Virus record (IMG/VR): IMGVR_UViG_2791355434_000002
Direction: 5' to 3' (one strand)
DNA: 63,857 nucleotides
Source: an uncultured virus (IMG/VR IMGVR_UViG_2791355434_000002)
Taxonomy: Duplodnaviria; Heunggongvirae; Uroviricota; Caudoviricetes
In this document: positions 28,861 to 38,058 of the stretch, one piece after another
How positions within the stretch are numbered: the first letter of the stretch is position 1
Layout: every line of letters begins with the position of its first letter
Notes under the pieces: model-generated
Database searches by the model: none
What the model saw: the letters and a program-made list of their open reading frames with translations, nothing else
What the model was told of the DNA's origin: nothing
Translations under genes and position numbers: made by a program

Positions 28861-29292
28861 CTAGCTGTTCGGGAGGGGTGGGCGGACGCTCATCCCCAGG
28901 ATCATGCCGACACGGGCAACACCCGTGTTGGGCTCTTCTGGTCGGTCTTGCGGGCCGGTCTCCTGCGAGATCCCAGCGACGATGCCGTCCTCCGTGGACA
29001 GGCCGGGGAGCAGCTCCCACTCGGCACACACCCGGAGGGCAAGGCGCATGGCCGCGCCGTCGGTGGTGTCGTAGCAGTCGATCGAGAACCGAGGGCGATC
29101 CCGAGTGGCCGGGTCGGACCAGCCGCGCATGTCTGGCGGGCCGCCGATCCTCAGGACCCTGATCGCCGGGAGCACGGCGTTGAGCGCCTTGCCCTCGGGG
29201 AGCTTCGACGCCACGTAGGCGTCGGGCATGGCCAGGCCGAGAAGGTCGATGGCGACCTTCTTCGAGTCCGGGAGGACCAGCAGCTCGGCCAT
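28861..29292 (-). CDS. Tail terminator protein
   Basis: IRVLRIGG...DRPRFSIDCY; synteny. Confidence 0.75.
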   Translation of the reverse strand: MAELLVLPDSKKVAIDLLGLAMPDAYVASKLPEGKALNAVLPAIRVLRIGGPPDMRGWSDPATRDRPRFSIDCYDTTDGAAMRLALRVCAEWELLPGLSTEDGIVAGISQETGPQDRPEEPNTGVARVGMILGMSVRPPLPNS

Positions 29293-29294
29293 GG

Positions 29295-29501
29295 CTACTT
29301 GCCTGCGGCCTTCTGCGGCACGCTGCCGGTGGACGGGTTCTTGTCGCCCGCCGTCTTCGCGGGCTCGTCGGCCTTCTTGTCGTCCACGGGCTCGGCGTAG
29401 CCCTTCCAGCGGTGGACCTCGTCCGCCGCCACCTCAACGATCTCGCCCGGCATCTGCTTGCCCCGGGGGAACGTCAGCTTCATCTTCACGGTGTCAGACA
29501 T
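29295..29501 (-). CDS. Small virion-associated hypothetical protein
   Basis: PGEIVEV...GYAEPV; inside the structural operon. Confidence 0.65.
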   Translation of the reverse strand: MSDTVKMKLTFPRGKQMPGEIVEVAADEVHRWKGYAEPVDDKKADEPAKTAGDKNPSTGSVPQKAAGK

Positions 29502-29826
29502 CGCGGTCGCCTCCTGTGGCGTCGAGAGAGTTGCCGAGCGTGTGATTCGGCAGGTGAATACGGCGGCCGTTCCGGTCGGTCTGCCGGGTGCCGTACTCCA
29601 CGTAGATGGAGTGCTCGGCGTCTGCGTCCATGTGCCGGGTGCCGTCCAGGTCGGGCTGCTCGATCGCGTGGATCTTCGACCGGTACTCGCCCGTGTCCAC
29701 CGGGGCCGTAGCCTTCGCCACCGCCTCCGCCCGCTTCATCCGGTCACCCAGATCAGCCTGCACAGCCTCGTCGTGGACCAGCCCGGCAATAGCGTCCTCG
29801 TCCACCTCGACGACAATGCGGCTCAT
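29494..29826 (-). CDS. HK97 gp10-like head-tail protein
   Basis: AKATAPVDTGEYRSKI...YVEYGT. Confidence 0.85.
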   Translation of the reverse strand: MSRIVVEVDEDAIAGLVHDEAVQADLGDRMKRAEAVAKATAPVDTGEYRSKIHAIEQPDLDGTRHMDADAEHSIYVEYGTRQTDRNGRRIHLPNHTLGNSLDATGGDRDV

Positions 29827-30161
29827 CCCGCCACCTCCAGCAGTCGCACCGTCTGCCCCGACAAAGGACCCGCCTCCTGGGCGTCCTTCGGGACCCCGTC
29901 CACATCCCAGGTCCGGCCGTCCCACTCCACCCGGGACCACTCCGACACCTTGGGCGCACGACGGGGCATGTACAGGTAGGCGGCCGTCACCGTCTGGTCC
30001 CGGGCCTCACGCGACTCCGACGACGACGAGTAGTCGACAGTGCACCCGTACACCGGGGTCCGGGTGGCATGCGCCCAGTCCCGCACCTGCGTGTTGTAGT
30101 CCCCCTCGACCAGCGGCGCATCGAGGAGCGTCACGGTCTGGCGTCCGATGTGGCCCGGCAT
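29823..30161 (-). CDS. Head-to-tail stopper
   Basis: RVEWDGRTWDVDGVP; synteny. Confidence 0.75.
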   Translation of the reverse strand: MPGHIGRQTVTLLDAPLVEGDYNTQVRDWAHATRTPVYGCTVDYSSSSESREARDQTVTAAYLYMPRRAPKVSEWSRVEWDGRTWDVDGVPKDAQEAGPLSGQTVRLLEVAG

Positions 30162-30535
30162 CAGCCCACCACCAACGGATCGAACCGGAACAAACCGCAG
30201 GTGCGCAGCAGGTCCACCACCGACGGCGCCAACTGCGGGGTCTGCCCTGCCCCCTGGCCGACCGTGCGCCGGGTGAACGACCTGGAACCCGTCGACATCG
30301 ACTGCAGATCAGCCTGCGCCTCGGTCTCGTCACCCCGCTCCAGCATCCAATGCACCTGCTGGACCGTCGCCTGCCGCAGCACCTCAACCACCTCGGCGTC
30401 GTCCGCCTCGTACCACGCCCCCAACAGGGCGCGGTCGACACGCTGCGACGCCAACGTCAGCAGGCGCACAGCGTTCGGCGGGGCCGGCTCAGGGGCCAGC
30501 CACGCTGCAAGATCGGGAACGGTCGCGTAGGGCAC
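30161..30535 (-). CDS. Head-to-tail adaptor
   Basis: YATVPDL...LLTLASQRVD...ATVQQV. Confidence 0.75.
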   Translation of the reverse strand: MPYATVPDLAAWLAPEPAPPNAVRLLTLASQRVDRALLGAWYEADDAEVVEVLRQATVQQVHWMLERGDETEAQADLQSMSTGSRSFTRRTVGQGAGQTPQLAPSVVDLLRTCGLFRFDPLVVG

Positions 30536-30538
30536 CGG

Positions 30539-30847
30539 CTACTCCTGGCCCTCTGCAGCGTCCTCAACGACCTGGACGTACTCCTGGCAGTCCTTCTTCG
30601 TTGCCGACGCTGCGTCTTCCTCGGACATTCCGAGGCTGACCGCGTAGGCCCGCCAGTCGTCGACCTTCGCGGTAGCCGCAGGCTTCCCCGAAGGGACGCC
30701 AGGGCTGCCCGCCGGCTCCTCGGCGTCGGCGCCCGCATCCACGGGGACGAGGTGGCCGCGCGCCACCTGCTTCTCCATCTCCGGCGACAGCGGGTCGTCC
30801 AAGTGGAGGCGAAGCCCACCTGCCCCCTGGTACTCGCGGGTCCCCAT
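30539..30847 (-). CDS. Phage hypothetical protein (small C-terminal helical module)
   Basis: KPAATAKVDDWRAYAVSLG...ATKKD; coupled to neighbouring genes. Confidence 0.7.
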   Translation of the reverse strand: MGTREYQGAGGLRLHLDDPLSPEMEKQVARGHLVPVDAGADAEEPAGSPGVPSGKPAATAKVDDWRAYAVSLGMSEEDAASATKKDCQEYVQVVEDAAEGQE

Positions 30848-31224
30848 CAGTACGCCTTCGGGAGCTTGAACACCGTGATCGTGCCCGTGGTGCCGGACGC
30901 GAAGTCGACGTACAGCGTCGACCCCTTCTGCTGAAACCGGGCGGACGTGAACGGGCCGATGAACTGGCGCCCGGACGTGGCCGCAACCGTGGTGGCGCTG
31001 TCGCCCTGGGCGCCCATCCACGACTGCCTGCCAGCGCCTGCCTTGACAGTGACGGTCTTGTCCGTGCCAGCGGTGTTCGTGACGCGGATGAGAGTGCGCT
31101 CGGGGTCGGCGTTGTTGATGACGACCCCGTTCGTGACGAGGGTGGAGTCGATCGTGGTGCCCGCCGGGTCGGCGAGACTGCCGTTCGGGACGAGCGGCGT
31201 GTACGAGACTGCGGTGCGAGGCAT
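30847..31224 (-). CDS. Putative capsid decoration/minor capsid protein
   Basis: Thr-rich beta protein immediately after the major capsid gene. Confidence 0.6.
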   Translation of the reverse strand: MPRTAVSYTPLVPNGSLADPAGTTIDSTLVTNGVVINNADPERTLIRVTNTAGTDKTVTVKAGAGRQSWMGAQGDSATTVAATSGRQFIGPFTSARFQQKGSTLYVDFASGTTGTITVFKLPKAY

Positions 31225-31251
31225 GGGATTCTCCCGGGTCGTATCGAGGGG

Positions 31252-32109
31252 TTACGCGGGGTCGATGAACGCGACCGCGATCCCGGTGGGCCGCAGGAGC
31301 TTCGCGCCGTACACGTGGAGACCACGGATCGCGTCGGCGATCGTGTTCTGAAGTCGCAGCGCCTCGGTCTCCAGGATCTGCTCGGCGTAGGTGATCGCAC
31401 CCGGGTATCCGGCCTGGATGACCTGCGTGTCGCCGCTGGGCACGGGGGTGTTGTTCGACTTGAGGATGTCGAACCCGGCGGCCCGTCCGACCATGCCGTT
31501 GCGCAGACCGGTCTCGGTGCCGGAGGCGTCCACGCGAACGAAGCGGTCGTCCTTGAGGAGGGAGCCCTCGAACTCGGGGCTGACGACCACGTAGCGGCCC
31601 TCGGAGGGGACGTTGCTGCGGTCCAGCTTGGTGCGGAGCGGCACCAGCACCTTGTCGTAGGCGTCCGTGGCCGTGGTGTACGTGTTGATCGGGGCGCCGG
31701 TGGAGCCGAGGGTGTTCGCGGCGGAGACCCCGGTGTAGAGGGAGGCGACGTAGGCGTCGGCGCGGTCACGGAGCCCGTAGGCGGCGTTCTGCGCCATCTT
31801 GACCATCGGGTTGAGGAGGGCCTGCGCCTTGTCGACGTCGTCGAGGCGGAACGCGAACGCCTTGGCCTGGTCGATGATCAGGTCGGTTCCGGCGGTCTCG
31901 ACTTCCTCGTAGTTGAGGTTGCTGTTCTTGTCGTAGTCGAAGATCGTCGGGTCGCCGATGGTGGTGATGTGCACCGACTGGCCCTGGGTGGAGATCTCGC
32001 CCTCGTAGTCGCGGTTGACGAGTGCGGGCTGGGCGTAGACGAGGGCGTTCTCCAGTGCGTCCAGCAGCTGGGCGGACCAGATCTCGGGCTTGAAGTTGTT
32101 GATGGACAA
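31252..32109 (-). CDS. Major capsid protein (P22 coat/HK97 fold)
   Basis: FKPEIWS...NRDYEGEI...IDQAKAFAFRLDDVDK...RGLHVYGAKLLRP; GGAG RBS, TTG start. Confidence 0.92.
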   Translation of the reverse strand: MSINNFKPEIWSAQLLDALENALVYAQPALVNRDYEGEISTQGQSVHITTIGDPTIFDYDKNSNLNYEEVETAGTDLIIDQAKAFAFRLDDVDKAQALLNPMVKMAQNAAYGLRDRADAYVASLYTGVSAANTLGSTGAPINTYTTATDAYDKVLVPLRTKLDRSNVPSEGRYVVVSPEFEGSLLKDDRFVRVDASGTETGLRNGMVGRAAGFDILKSNNTPVPSGDTQVIQAGYPGAITYAEQILETEALRLQNTIADAIRGLHVYGAKLLRPTGIAVAFIDPA

Positions 32110-32129
32110 CGGAGGCTCCTAGGGAGGCA

Positions 32130-32924
32130 TCAGCCGCTGCCGAGGTAGGCGTTGAGCCTGCCTTCCTGAACGGCCTGAGTGATCTGCTTGGGGGTCATGC
32201 GCGCCACGTCCGCTGCACCGAGCTGCCGCTTGCCGCCTCCGGCCCCGTCCATCGGTGCGCCACCTGCGGGGGTGCGCTCCGGCTCCTTCGGCTCCGGCGC
32301 CTTGGCCGCGAGCTTCTTGTTGGAGTCGACTGCCGTCTTCACCGCCTTGCCGACCTGCTCGTCGAAGTCGGCCGCAGTCGGGTCGAGCTTCGAGATGGCG
32401 GTGGCGAAGGAGCGTGAATCGAGCAGCGCATCGGGGTCACCGCCGTGCTTCCCGGCCGTCTTGTAGACGGCGAGCTCCACCTGCGTCTGGCGGGCCTGCG
32501 CGCGGGACTCCTTGGTCTCTCCGCGGGCCTCTTCCAGCTGCTTGGCGAGCTCTTCGGGGGTGGGCGGCTTGGCCTCGTCGGTCTCCAGGCCGAACGCTGC
32601 GGCGACCTTCTTCATGAAGGCCGTCTGCTCGTCGGCTGCTCTCTGCTTGTCCTCGGCACGCTTCTGCTTCTGCTCGTCGACCTCCGTGCGGAGGCTTTCG
32701 ATCGCTCGCATGGCGCGCTCGGGGTCGAAGTCACCCTCGAACTTCGGCGCCTTGGCCTTGGGTTCGTTGGGCTTCGGTTCGGAGACCGGCTCGGTGGTGG
32801 TGGGTGCGGCCGACTCTGGCTGGGCCGGTGCAGGTGGTGCGGCCGGGGGGTTGGGCGGGGTGGCCGGCTGGGTGCCGGGGTCCGTCGTTGTTCCCTCGGG
32901 TGCTGCGGGGGCGGGGGTCGTCAT
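32130..32924 (-). CDS. Capsid scaffolding protein
   Basis: AAGGAGG RBS; Pro-rich N-terminus, coiled coil, DPDALLDSRSF; immediately before the capsid gene. Confidence 0.85.
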   Translation of the reverse strand: MTTPAPAAPEGTTTDPGTQPATPPNPPAAPPAPAQPESAAPTTTEPVSEPKPNEPKAKAPKFEGDFDPERAMRAIESLRTEVDEQKQKRAEDKQRAADEQTAFMKKVAAAFGLETDEAKPPTPEELAKQLEEARGETKESRAQARQTQVELAVYKTAGKHGGDPDALLDSRSFATAISKLDPTAADFDEQVGKAVKTAVDSNKKLAAKAPEPKEPERTPAGGAPMDGAGGGKRQLGAADVARMTPKQITQAVQEGRLNAYLGSG

Positions 32925-33079
32925 CGGTGCCTCCTTGGGCGGCCTACACGCGGTCGGCGGCGCCTTGTCCGCTGGCGTGTTAGCCCAGATGTTAACCCTG
33001 AACCCACCACAATGCTGCACAATCAAAGGCTATAGCGCAAGATATCCTTTGAATCCAAGGATCAAGGGGGTGGGTAAGG
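32925..33079. promoter_or_regulatory. Divergent promoter region between the capsid/tail and packaging operons
   Basis: AT-rich tract at 32989-33065 between head-to-head structural operons. Confidence 0.65.
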
Positions 33080-33949
33080 GTGGTCAGCAGCAACCGCATA
33101 GCCGACACAGCACGACAACACCCCGCCGCGCTCCGCCGCCTGGAACAGCAAGCCGCCCGCGACGCCGCACAGCCCCTCGCCCAGGCGCTCACCGACGCCC
33201 AGAAGGCGGCCACCCGGCAATGGCTCCACGCCACCGAACGGCAGGCCCTCCCCTCGCCCAGCGCCCTGGACCGGTACATCACCGCCGTCAAGCAGCTCCT
33301 CGCCGAGGCCTTCCGCGGCAAGGGCAAGCTGGCCGCGGACACCATCCGCATCGCAGCGTTCAACTCCGCCCAGACCAGCGCCCGCCAAGCCTCCGCGCTC
33401 GCCGCCATGATGAGCGGCACGCCCACCCCGCCAGTCCGGCCCGTCATCGGCCCTGAAGCCGCGGCCACCGCCGACGCTGTCCCGGCCGCAGTCGAAGACG
33501 AACACCAGCGGGCCTTGGCGCTCCTCACCACAACCAGCGTCACCGCCCTCGGATTCGCAGGCATCACAGGGGTCTTCAACCGGGCCCGGCGTGCCGTCAC
33601 CCGCATCGCCCGGCACGCCGCCGTCGCCGTCACCAGCGCCGCCGCCCACGCCGCTGCTGCGGTCGCCCGTGCGATCGGGCCCACCACCCGGCTCCTGTGG
33701 GTCGCCGAACCCGGAGCCTGCCCCGCCTGTGGCGCCTACGCCGGGCGCAGCATCACCGTCGACCGCCGGTTCCCCGCCGCACTCTCCCTCAACCCGCGGC
33801 GCACCGTGTTCGCCACCGCACCAACAGGCCCCCCGCTGCACCCGTCCTGCCGGTGCTGGACCATTCCCTACTCCCCCACCTGGCCCGTCGACGGCACACC
33901 ACTACCCGCCCTGCTACGCCGGGCCGCACGAGCCGAACGGAGGGCCTGA
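33080..33949 (+). CDS. MuF-like minor head protein
   Basis: WVAEPGACPAC...GPPLHPSCRC. Confidence 0.8.
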   Translation: MVSSNRIADTARQHPAALRRLEQQAARDAAQPLAQALTDAQKAATRQWLHATERQALPSPSALDRYITAVKQLLAEAFRGKGKLAADTIRIAAFNSAQTSARQASALAAMMSGTPTPPVRPVIGPEAAATADAVPAAVEDEHQRALALLTTTSVTALGFAGITGVFNRARRAVTRIARHAAVAVTSAAAHAAAAVARAIGPTTRLLWVAEPGACPACGAYAGRSITVDRRFPAALSLNPRRTVFATAPTGPPLHPSCRCWTIPYSPTWPVDGTPLPALLRRAARAERRA

Positions 33950-34485
33950 TGCCCAAAGGAGTGATGGCCGAGAACCGGTGGGACGAGCTCCGCGAGCTCC
34001 ACGCCGAAGGGAAGGGCCGCAACGTCATCGCCCGCGAGATGGGCATAGCCACCGGCTGCGTATCCCGCACCGCCGAACACCTGGGCTTGACCTTCGATCG
34101 GACGGCGATCCAGGCAGCAACCGCGGCCCGGCTCGCCGACCTTGCGGAGCGGCGCAGCGTCCTCGCCGTGAAGTTCCAGGACGTTGCCGAAGACTCACTG
34201 GAGCGGATCTACAAGCCGACCACTGTGTACGCGTTCGGCGGGTCCATGAACACCTACGCCGAGCACACCTTCGACGAGGCCCCAGCGACGGAGCGGCGTG
34301 CTCTGGTCACCGCTGCCGGTACGGCGACGGACCGGTCGTTGAAGCTGGCGCCGGCCGAGGCTTCGTCGAACCTGGACGGGGCGAAGTCGATGCTGGGGAA
34401 CCTGGGGAACATTCTGTCCGCGTACTCGCGGGACATGGACCAGCAGGACGCCGAGGCTGAGGCACAGTCTGTGGACCAGGCGTAG
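33949..34485 (+). CDS. Probable terminase small subunit (N-terminal HTH)
   Basis: TGATG coupling; LRELHAEGKGRNVIAREMGI; directly before terL. Confidence 0.75.
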   Translation: MPKGVMAENRWDELRELHAEGKGRNVIAREMGIATGCVSRTAEHLGLTFDRTAIQAATAARLADLAERRSVLAVKFQDVAEDSLERIYKPTTVYAFGGSMNTYAEHTFDEAPATERRALVTAAGTATDRSLKLAPAEASSNLDGAKSMLGNLGNILSAYSRDMDQQDAEAEAQSVDQA

Positions 34486-34488
34486 CCG

Positions 34489-35739
34489 ATGTTGGACACC
34501 CTCCCGTTGTCACGGAAGCAGATCAGGTCGGTCGCTGAGTCGACGACGAAGATCTCGTGCTGGGAGGGTGCCATCCGGTCGGGGAAGACGATCGCTTCCC
34601 TGCTGAAGTGGTTGATCTTCATTGCGGGGGCGCCGACGACCGGTGAACTTGTCATGATCGGCAAGACGTCGCAGACCATCCACCGGAACCTGTTCCTGCC
34701 CATGCAGGACCCCGCACTGTTCGGTGAGATCGCACACCACATCCACTACACACCCGGTGCGCCCACCGCAACGATCCTCGGCCGCGTCGTGCACGTCATC
34801 GGCGCCAACGACGCCAAGTCCGAGCCGAAGATCCGCGGCATGACGGTGTGCGGGGCCTACGTCGACGAGGTGACCCTGGTCCCGCAGATCTTCTTCGAGC
34901 AGCTCTACGGCCGCATGTCCGTGCACGGCGCCCAACTGTTCTGCACAACGAACCCCGACAATCCGGCGCACTGGTTCATGCGGGACTGGCTCGCCCACGT
35001 CGGGAAGAAGCCGGTGCGCCGGTTCAGCTTCACGATCGACGACAACCCCTTCTTGGATCCCGAGTACGTCGCCGACATGAAGGCCTCCCACGAGGGCCTG
35101 TTCTACCGCCGGTTCATCCTCGGCGAGTGGGTGGCCGCCGAGGGCGCCATCTACGACTCGTGGGACCGCGAACGCCACATCGTCACCGCCCTGCCCCGAG
35201 AGGGCATCCACCGGTGGATCAGCCTGGGTGTCGACTACGGGACGAGCAACCCGTTCCACGCTGTGCTCCTGGGCCTCGGCCGGGATCGCCGGCTGTACGC
35301 CGCGGCGGAGTGGCGGTATGAGGCTCGGCAGACGAAGAAGCAGCTCACCGACGCCGAGTACTCCCAGCGGATGCGGGACTGGCTCACGGATGTACCGGGC
35401 ATCGGGCCGGTGCGCCCGCAGTTCGTGACCGTCGACCCGTCGGCCGCGTCGTTCAGCGCCCAGTTGCGCCGGGACCGGATGACACCGACCGCGGCGAAGA
35501 ACGACGTCATGGACGGCATCCGCACTGTGTCGTCGCTGCTGGCCTCGAACCGGCTTCTGGTTCACGCCTCCTGCAAGGACCTCATCACTGAGATCGGCGG
35601 CTATTCCTGGGACGACCAGGCCGCTCTCCGTGGCGAGGAGCGCCCCATCAAGGTTGCTGACCATGGTGTCGACGCCCTCCGCTACGCGATCTTCACGACC
35701 CGTGCTCTGTGGCAGCGCCAGCTCGCCCTGGCCGCCTGA
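34489..35739 (+). CDS. terL: Terminase large subunit (PBSX/SPP1-like)
   Basis: Walker A GAIRSGKT, Walker B YVDEV, TTNPD; nuclease GVDYG and DHGVDALRY. Confidence 0.95.
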   Translation: MLDTLPLSRKQIRSVAESTTKISCWEGAIRSGKTIASLLKWLIFIAGAPTTGELVMIGKTSQTIHRNLFLPMQDPALFGEIAHHIHYTPGAPTATILGRVVHVIGANDAKSEPKIRGMTVCGAYVDEVTLVPQIFFEQLYGRMSVHGAQLFCTTNPDNPAHWFMRDWLAHVGKKPVRRFSFTIDDNPFLDPEYVADMKASHEGLFYRRFILGEWVAAEGAIYDSWDRERHIVTALPREGIHRWISLGVDYGTSNPFHAVLLGLGRDRRLYAAAEWRYEARQTKKQLTDAEYSQRMRDWLTDVPGIGPVRPQFVTVDPSAASFSAQLRRDRMTPTAAKNDVMDGIRTVSSLLASNRLLVHASCKDLITEIGGYSWDDQAALRGEERPIKVADHGVDALRYAIFTTRALWQRQLALAA

Positions 35740-35754
35740 TCGAAAGGACTCGTC

Positions 35755-37434
35755 ATGCCGCTGCCTCCGTCTGGGAACACCCCGTGGCCCCCGCCTCGTT
35801 TGGAGATTCCGCATGCCGACATGGATATGTGGCGGGCCTGGTATGCCGGGGACACCGGTCATCTGGCGCAGGTGTACGGGGGCCCGGCGTCGTACACACG
35901 GAATGGGGTGGCGCGGGCGTTCTTCGACGTCGACAAGCGGCGAGCAGTGGGCGGCGACGAGCTGCGCATGTTCTGGGGGCAGGAGCCGTCTCCGGGTCAG
36001 CAGGCGGCGAAGTTGCATGTGCCGATCGGTGGGGACATTGCGGAGATGTCCGCGAACCTTCTGTGGGCTGAGGTGCCGCAGGTGACGGTCGACGTGGACT
36101 CCACGGACAAGGCGACCGCGGCGTCGACGCAGGCGCAGATCGGCCGCTACCTCGACGACCGGGGTCACGCGAAGTTCCGGGAGGCCGCGGAGCTGGCCGC
36201 CGGCTTGTCGAACGTGTACCTGCGGGCTGTGTGGGATACGTCGCTGCGCCCGCGCCCGTGGTCGGATGTGATCCCGGCGAACGCTGTGGTGCCGGAGTGG
36301 CGTTGGGGGATGTTGTCGGCGGCGACGGTGTGGCGGGAGCTGGAGCCGTTGGACGACGGTGGGGGTGTGTGGCGGCTGTTGGAGTACCACACCCCGGGCG
36401 CCATCGAGTACGGGGTGTACAGGGGCGACCGCGGCACCCTCGGCATGCTGATGGAGTTCTCGGACCATCACGAGACAGAGTTCCTGGCGAGCCGCACCGA
36501 CAGCCGGGGTCGTCAGGCGACGGGCGTCGACCGGCTGCTGATCACCCATCTGCCGAACGTCCTCCCGAACCGGGTGTGGGACGGGGTGCCGGACACAGCC
36601 CCGCTCGGTCGCAGTGACTACGCGGGCATCGAGCCGATGATGGACGGCCTGGACGAAACCTGGTCGTCGTGGATGCGTGATCTGCGTCTGGGCAAGGCCC
36701 GGGTGGTGGTGCCGCAGGAGATGCTCGACACCAGCGGGCCGGGTGGCGGTTCCTCGTTCGATCTGGACCGGGAGCTGCTCGTGTCGGTGAGCGGGTTCCT
36801 GGGCAGCGAGTCGTCTCTGAAGGATTCGATCACCGAGGTGCAGTTCGCGATCCGTGTGGAGGATCACGAGCGGACGGCGAAGGCTCTGCGCCGTCAGATC
36901 TTGGCGTCGGCCGGCTACTCGGCCCAGTCCTACGGTGAGGAGGGGTCGGTGGCGGTGACAGCCACGGAGGTGGCGGCCCGCAAGGAGGAGTCGCTGACGA
37001 CCCGCGGCCTGAAAATTCTCTATCAGAGGCCGGCGCTGCTGGAGCATCTGACGACGCTGATGTGGGTGGACGTGACGCACTGCGGGGCGAAGGGTGTGGA
37101 CCCGGCGGCGGAGTTGACGGCGTCGTGGCCGCAGGCGGTGCAGCCGGATCCGGAGGCGACGGCCCGGTCGCTGTCGCTGTTGGAGTCGGCGGGGGCGATC
37201 TCCACGTACATGAAGGTGAAGATGCGGGAGCCGTCGTGGGATGACGCGGAGGTGTTGGCGGAGGTGCGGCGCATCCGGGACGACAAGACGCACACCCCGG
37301 CCGGGGATCCGTTCAACGCTCGCGGCGTAGAGCCGAACGAGGAGCAGCCGGACGACGATGTGGAGCCCGGGTACGACGAGGGCCAGGGCGAGGAGCCGGG
37401 CGAGGAGGAGCCCGTAACCCCCCTGGCGGCGTGA
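35755..37434 (+). CDS. Portal protein (SPP1 gp6/A118-like)
   Basis: Follows terL; LHVPIGGDIA, LGRSDY, LDETWSSWMRDLRLGKAR, TATEV. Confidence 0.9.
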   Translation: MPLPPSGNTPWPPPRLEIPHADMDMWRAWYAGDTGHLAQVYGGPASYTRNGVARAFFDVDKRRAVGGDELRMFWGQEPSPGQQAAKLHVPIGGDIAEMSANLLWAEVPQVTVDVDSTDKATAASTQAQIGRYLDDRGHAKFREAAELAAGLSNVYLRAVWDTSLRPRPWSDVIPANAVVPEWRWGMLSAATVWRELEPLDDGGGVWRLLEYHTPGAIEYGVYRGDRGTLGMLMEFSDHHETEFLASRTDSRGRQATGVDRLLITHLPNVLPNRVWDGVPDTAPLGRSDYAGIEPMMDGLDETWSSWMRDLRLGKARVVVPQEMLDTSGPGGGSSFDLDRELLVSVSGFLGSESSLKDSITEVQFAIRVEDHERTAKALRRQILASAGYSAQSYGEEGSVAVTATEVAARKEESLTTRGLKILYQRPALLEHLTTLMWVDVTHCGAKGVDPAAELTASWPQAVQPDPEATARSLSLLESAGAISTYMKVKMREPSWDDAEVLAEVRRIRDDKTHTPAGDPFNARGVEPNEEQPDDDVEPGYDEGQGEEPGEEEPVTPLAA

Positions 37435-37443
37435 CATGGCGAA

Positions 37444-37465
37444 GGGCCGCCCCGAAGGACGGCCC
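37444..37465 (-). terminator. UUCG-tetraloop hairpin between convergent units (portal versus RAMP operon)
   Basis: Minus strand gggccgtcc-TTCG-gggcggccc, directly 3' of array 4. Confidence 0.7.
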
Positions 37466-37537
37466 ACCATGGATTGCCTCGCCACGCCCAGGCGCGCCCC
37501 GGCGTGACTTGCCGTGCCTGCCGTACCGAGCCAGGCC
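37466..37537 (-). ncRNA. Pentamer-periodic array 4, putative guide RNA
   Basis: Minus strand: ggc ct ggc tc ggt ac ggc a ggc ac ggc aa gtc ac gcc gg ggc gc gcc tg ggc gt ggc ga ggc aa tcc at ggt. Confidence 0.75.
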
Positions 37538-37545
37538 CGTGTCCC

Positions 37546-38058
37546 TCATCCGGCTTCGAGCCGGGCGAGGCGTTCTTTGAGCTCGGCGGTCTCCGCATCG
37601 CTGCGGTCCTGCCGTTCCACGATCTCGCGTATCTGGGCTTCGCTCTTCTGCTGCCGCAGGTCGAAGCGGGCCATCATGTCGTTCTGCCGGGTGAGGACTT
37701 GGGCCACGGCCAGGGTGAGGCTGCGGGCGGCGGGGTCCATGCCGTTGAGGTTGACGTTGACGACCTTGTTCACGCCGCGTTCGATGGCGTGCTTCGACTT
37801 GTCCTGGTATTCGCGGGCGAGCATGACGTGCTCGTTGGGGGCCGCGATCCTGTAGCCGACGCCGGGGACGGGGCGGAGTGCCCGCTTGTTCGCGGTTTCA
37901 AGCTCCTCGCCGGTGCGCGCCATGGCCTTTTGGATGGCCTTGCGGTCCTTGTCGGGGTGGAGTCCGAGTGCGTCGGCGGCTTGGTCGTAAGTGACGACGT
38001 CGGACTTCTGGAAGAGGTCGTAGAGGATGCGCCACCGGGCGGTGGGCCGGGTGGTCAC
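37546..38058 (-). CDS. Accessory protein coupled to the RAMP-like gene (possible winged HTH plus coiled coil)
   Basis: GTGA overlap with the RAMP-like stop; VTYDQAADALG...VPGVGYRI; C-terminal heptads; 170 aa. Confidence 0.75.
   Translation of the reverse strand: MTTRPTARWRILYDLFQKSDVVTYDQAADALGLHPDKDRKAIQKAMARTGEELETANKRALRPVPGVGYRIAAPNEHVMLAREYQDKSKHAIERGVNKVVNVNLNGMDPAARSLTLAVAQVLTRQNDMMARFDLRQQKSEAQIREIVERQDRSDAETAELKERLARLEAG

Noticed and set aside
34510..37485. 991-aa minus-strand ORF
   Set aside because: Antisense shadow of terL and portal
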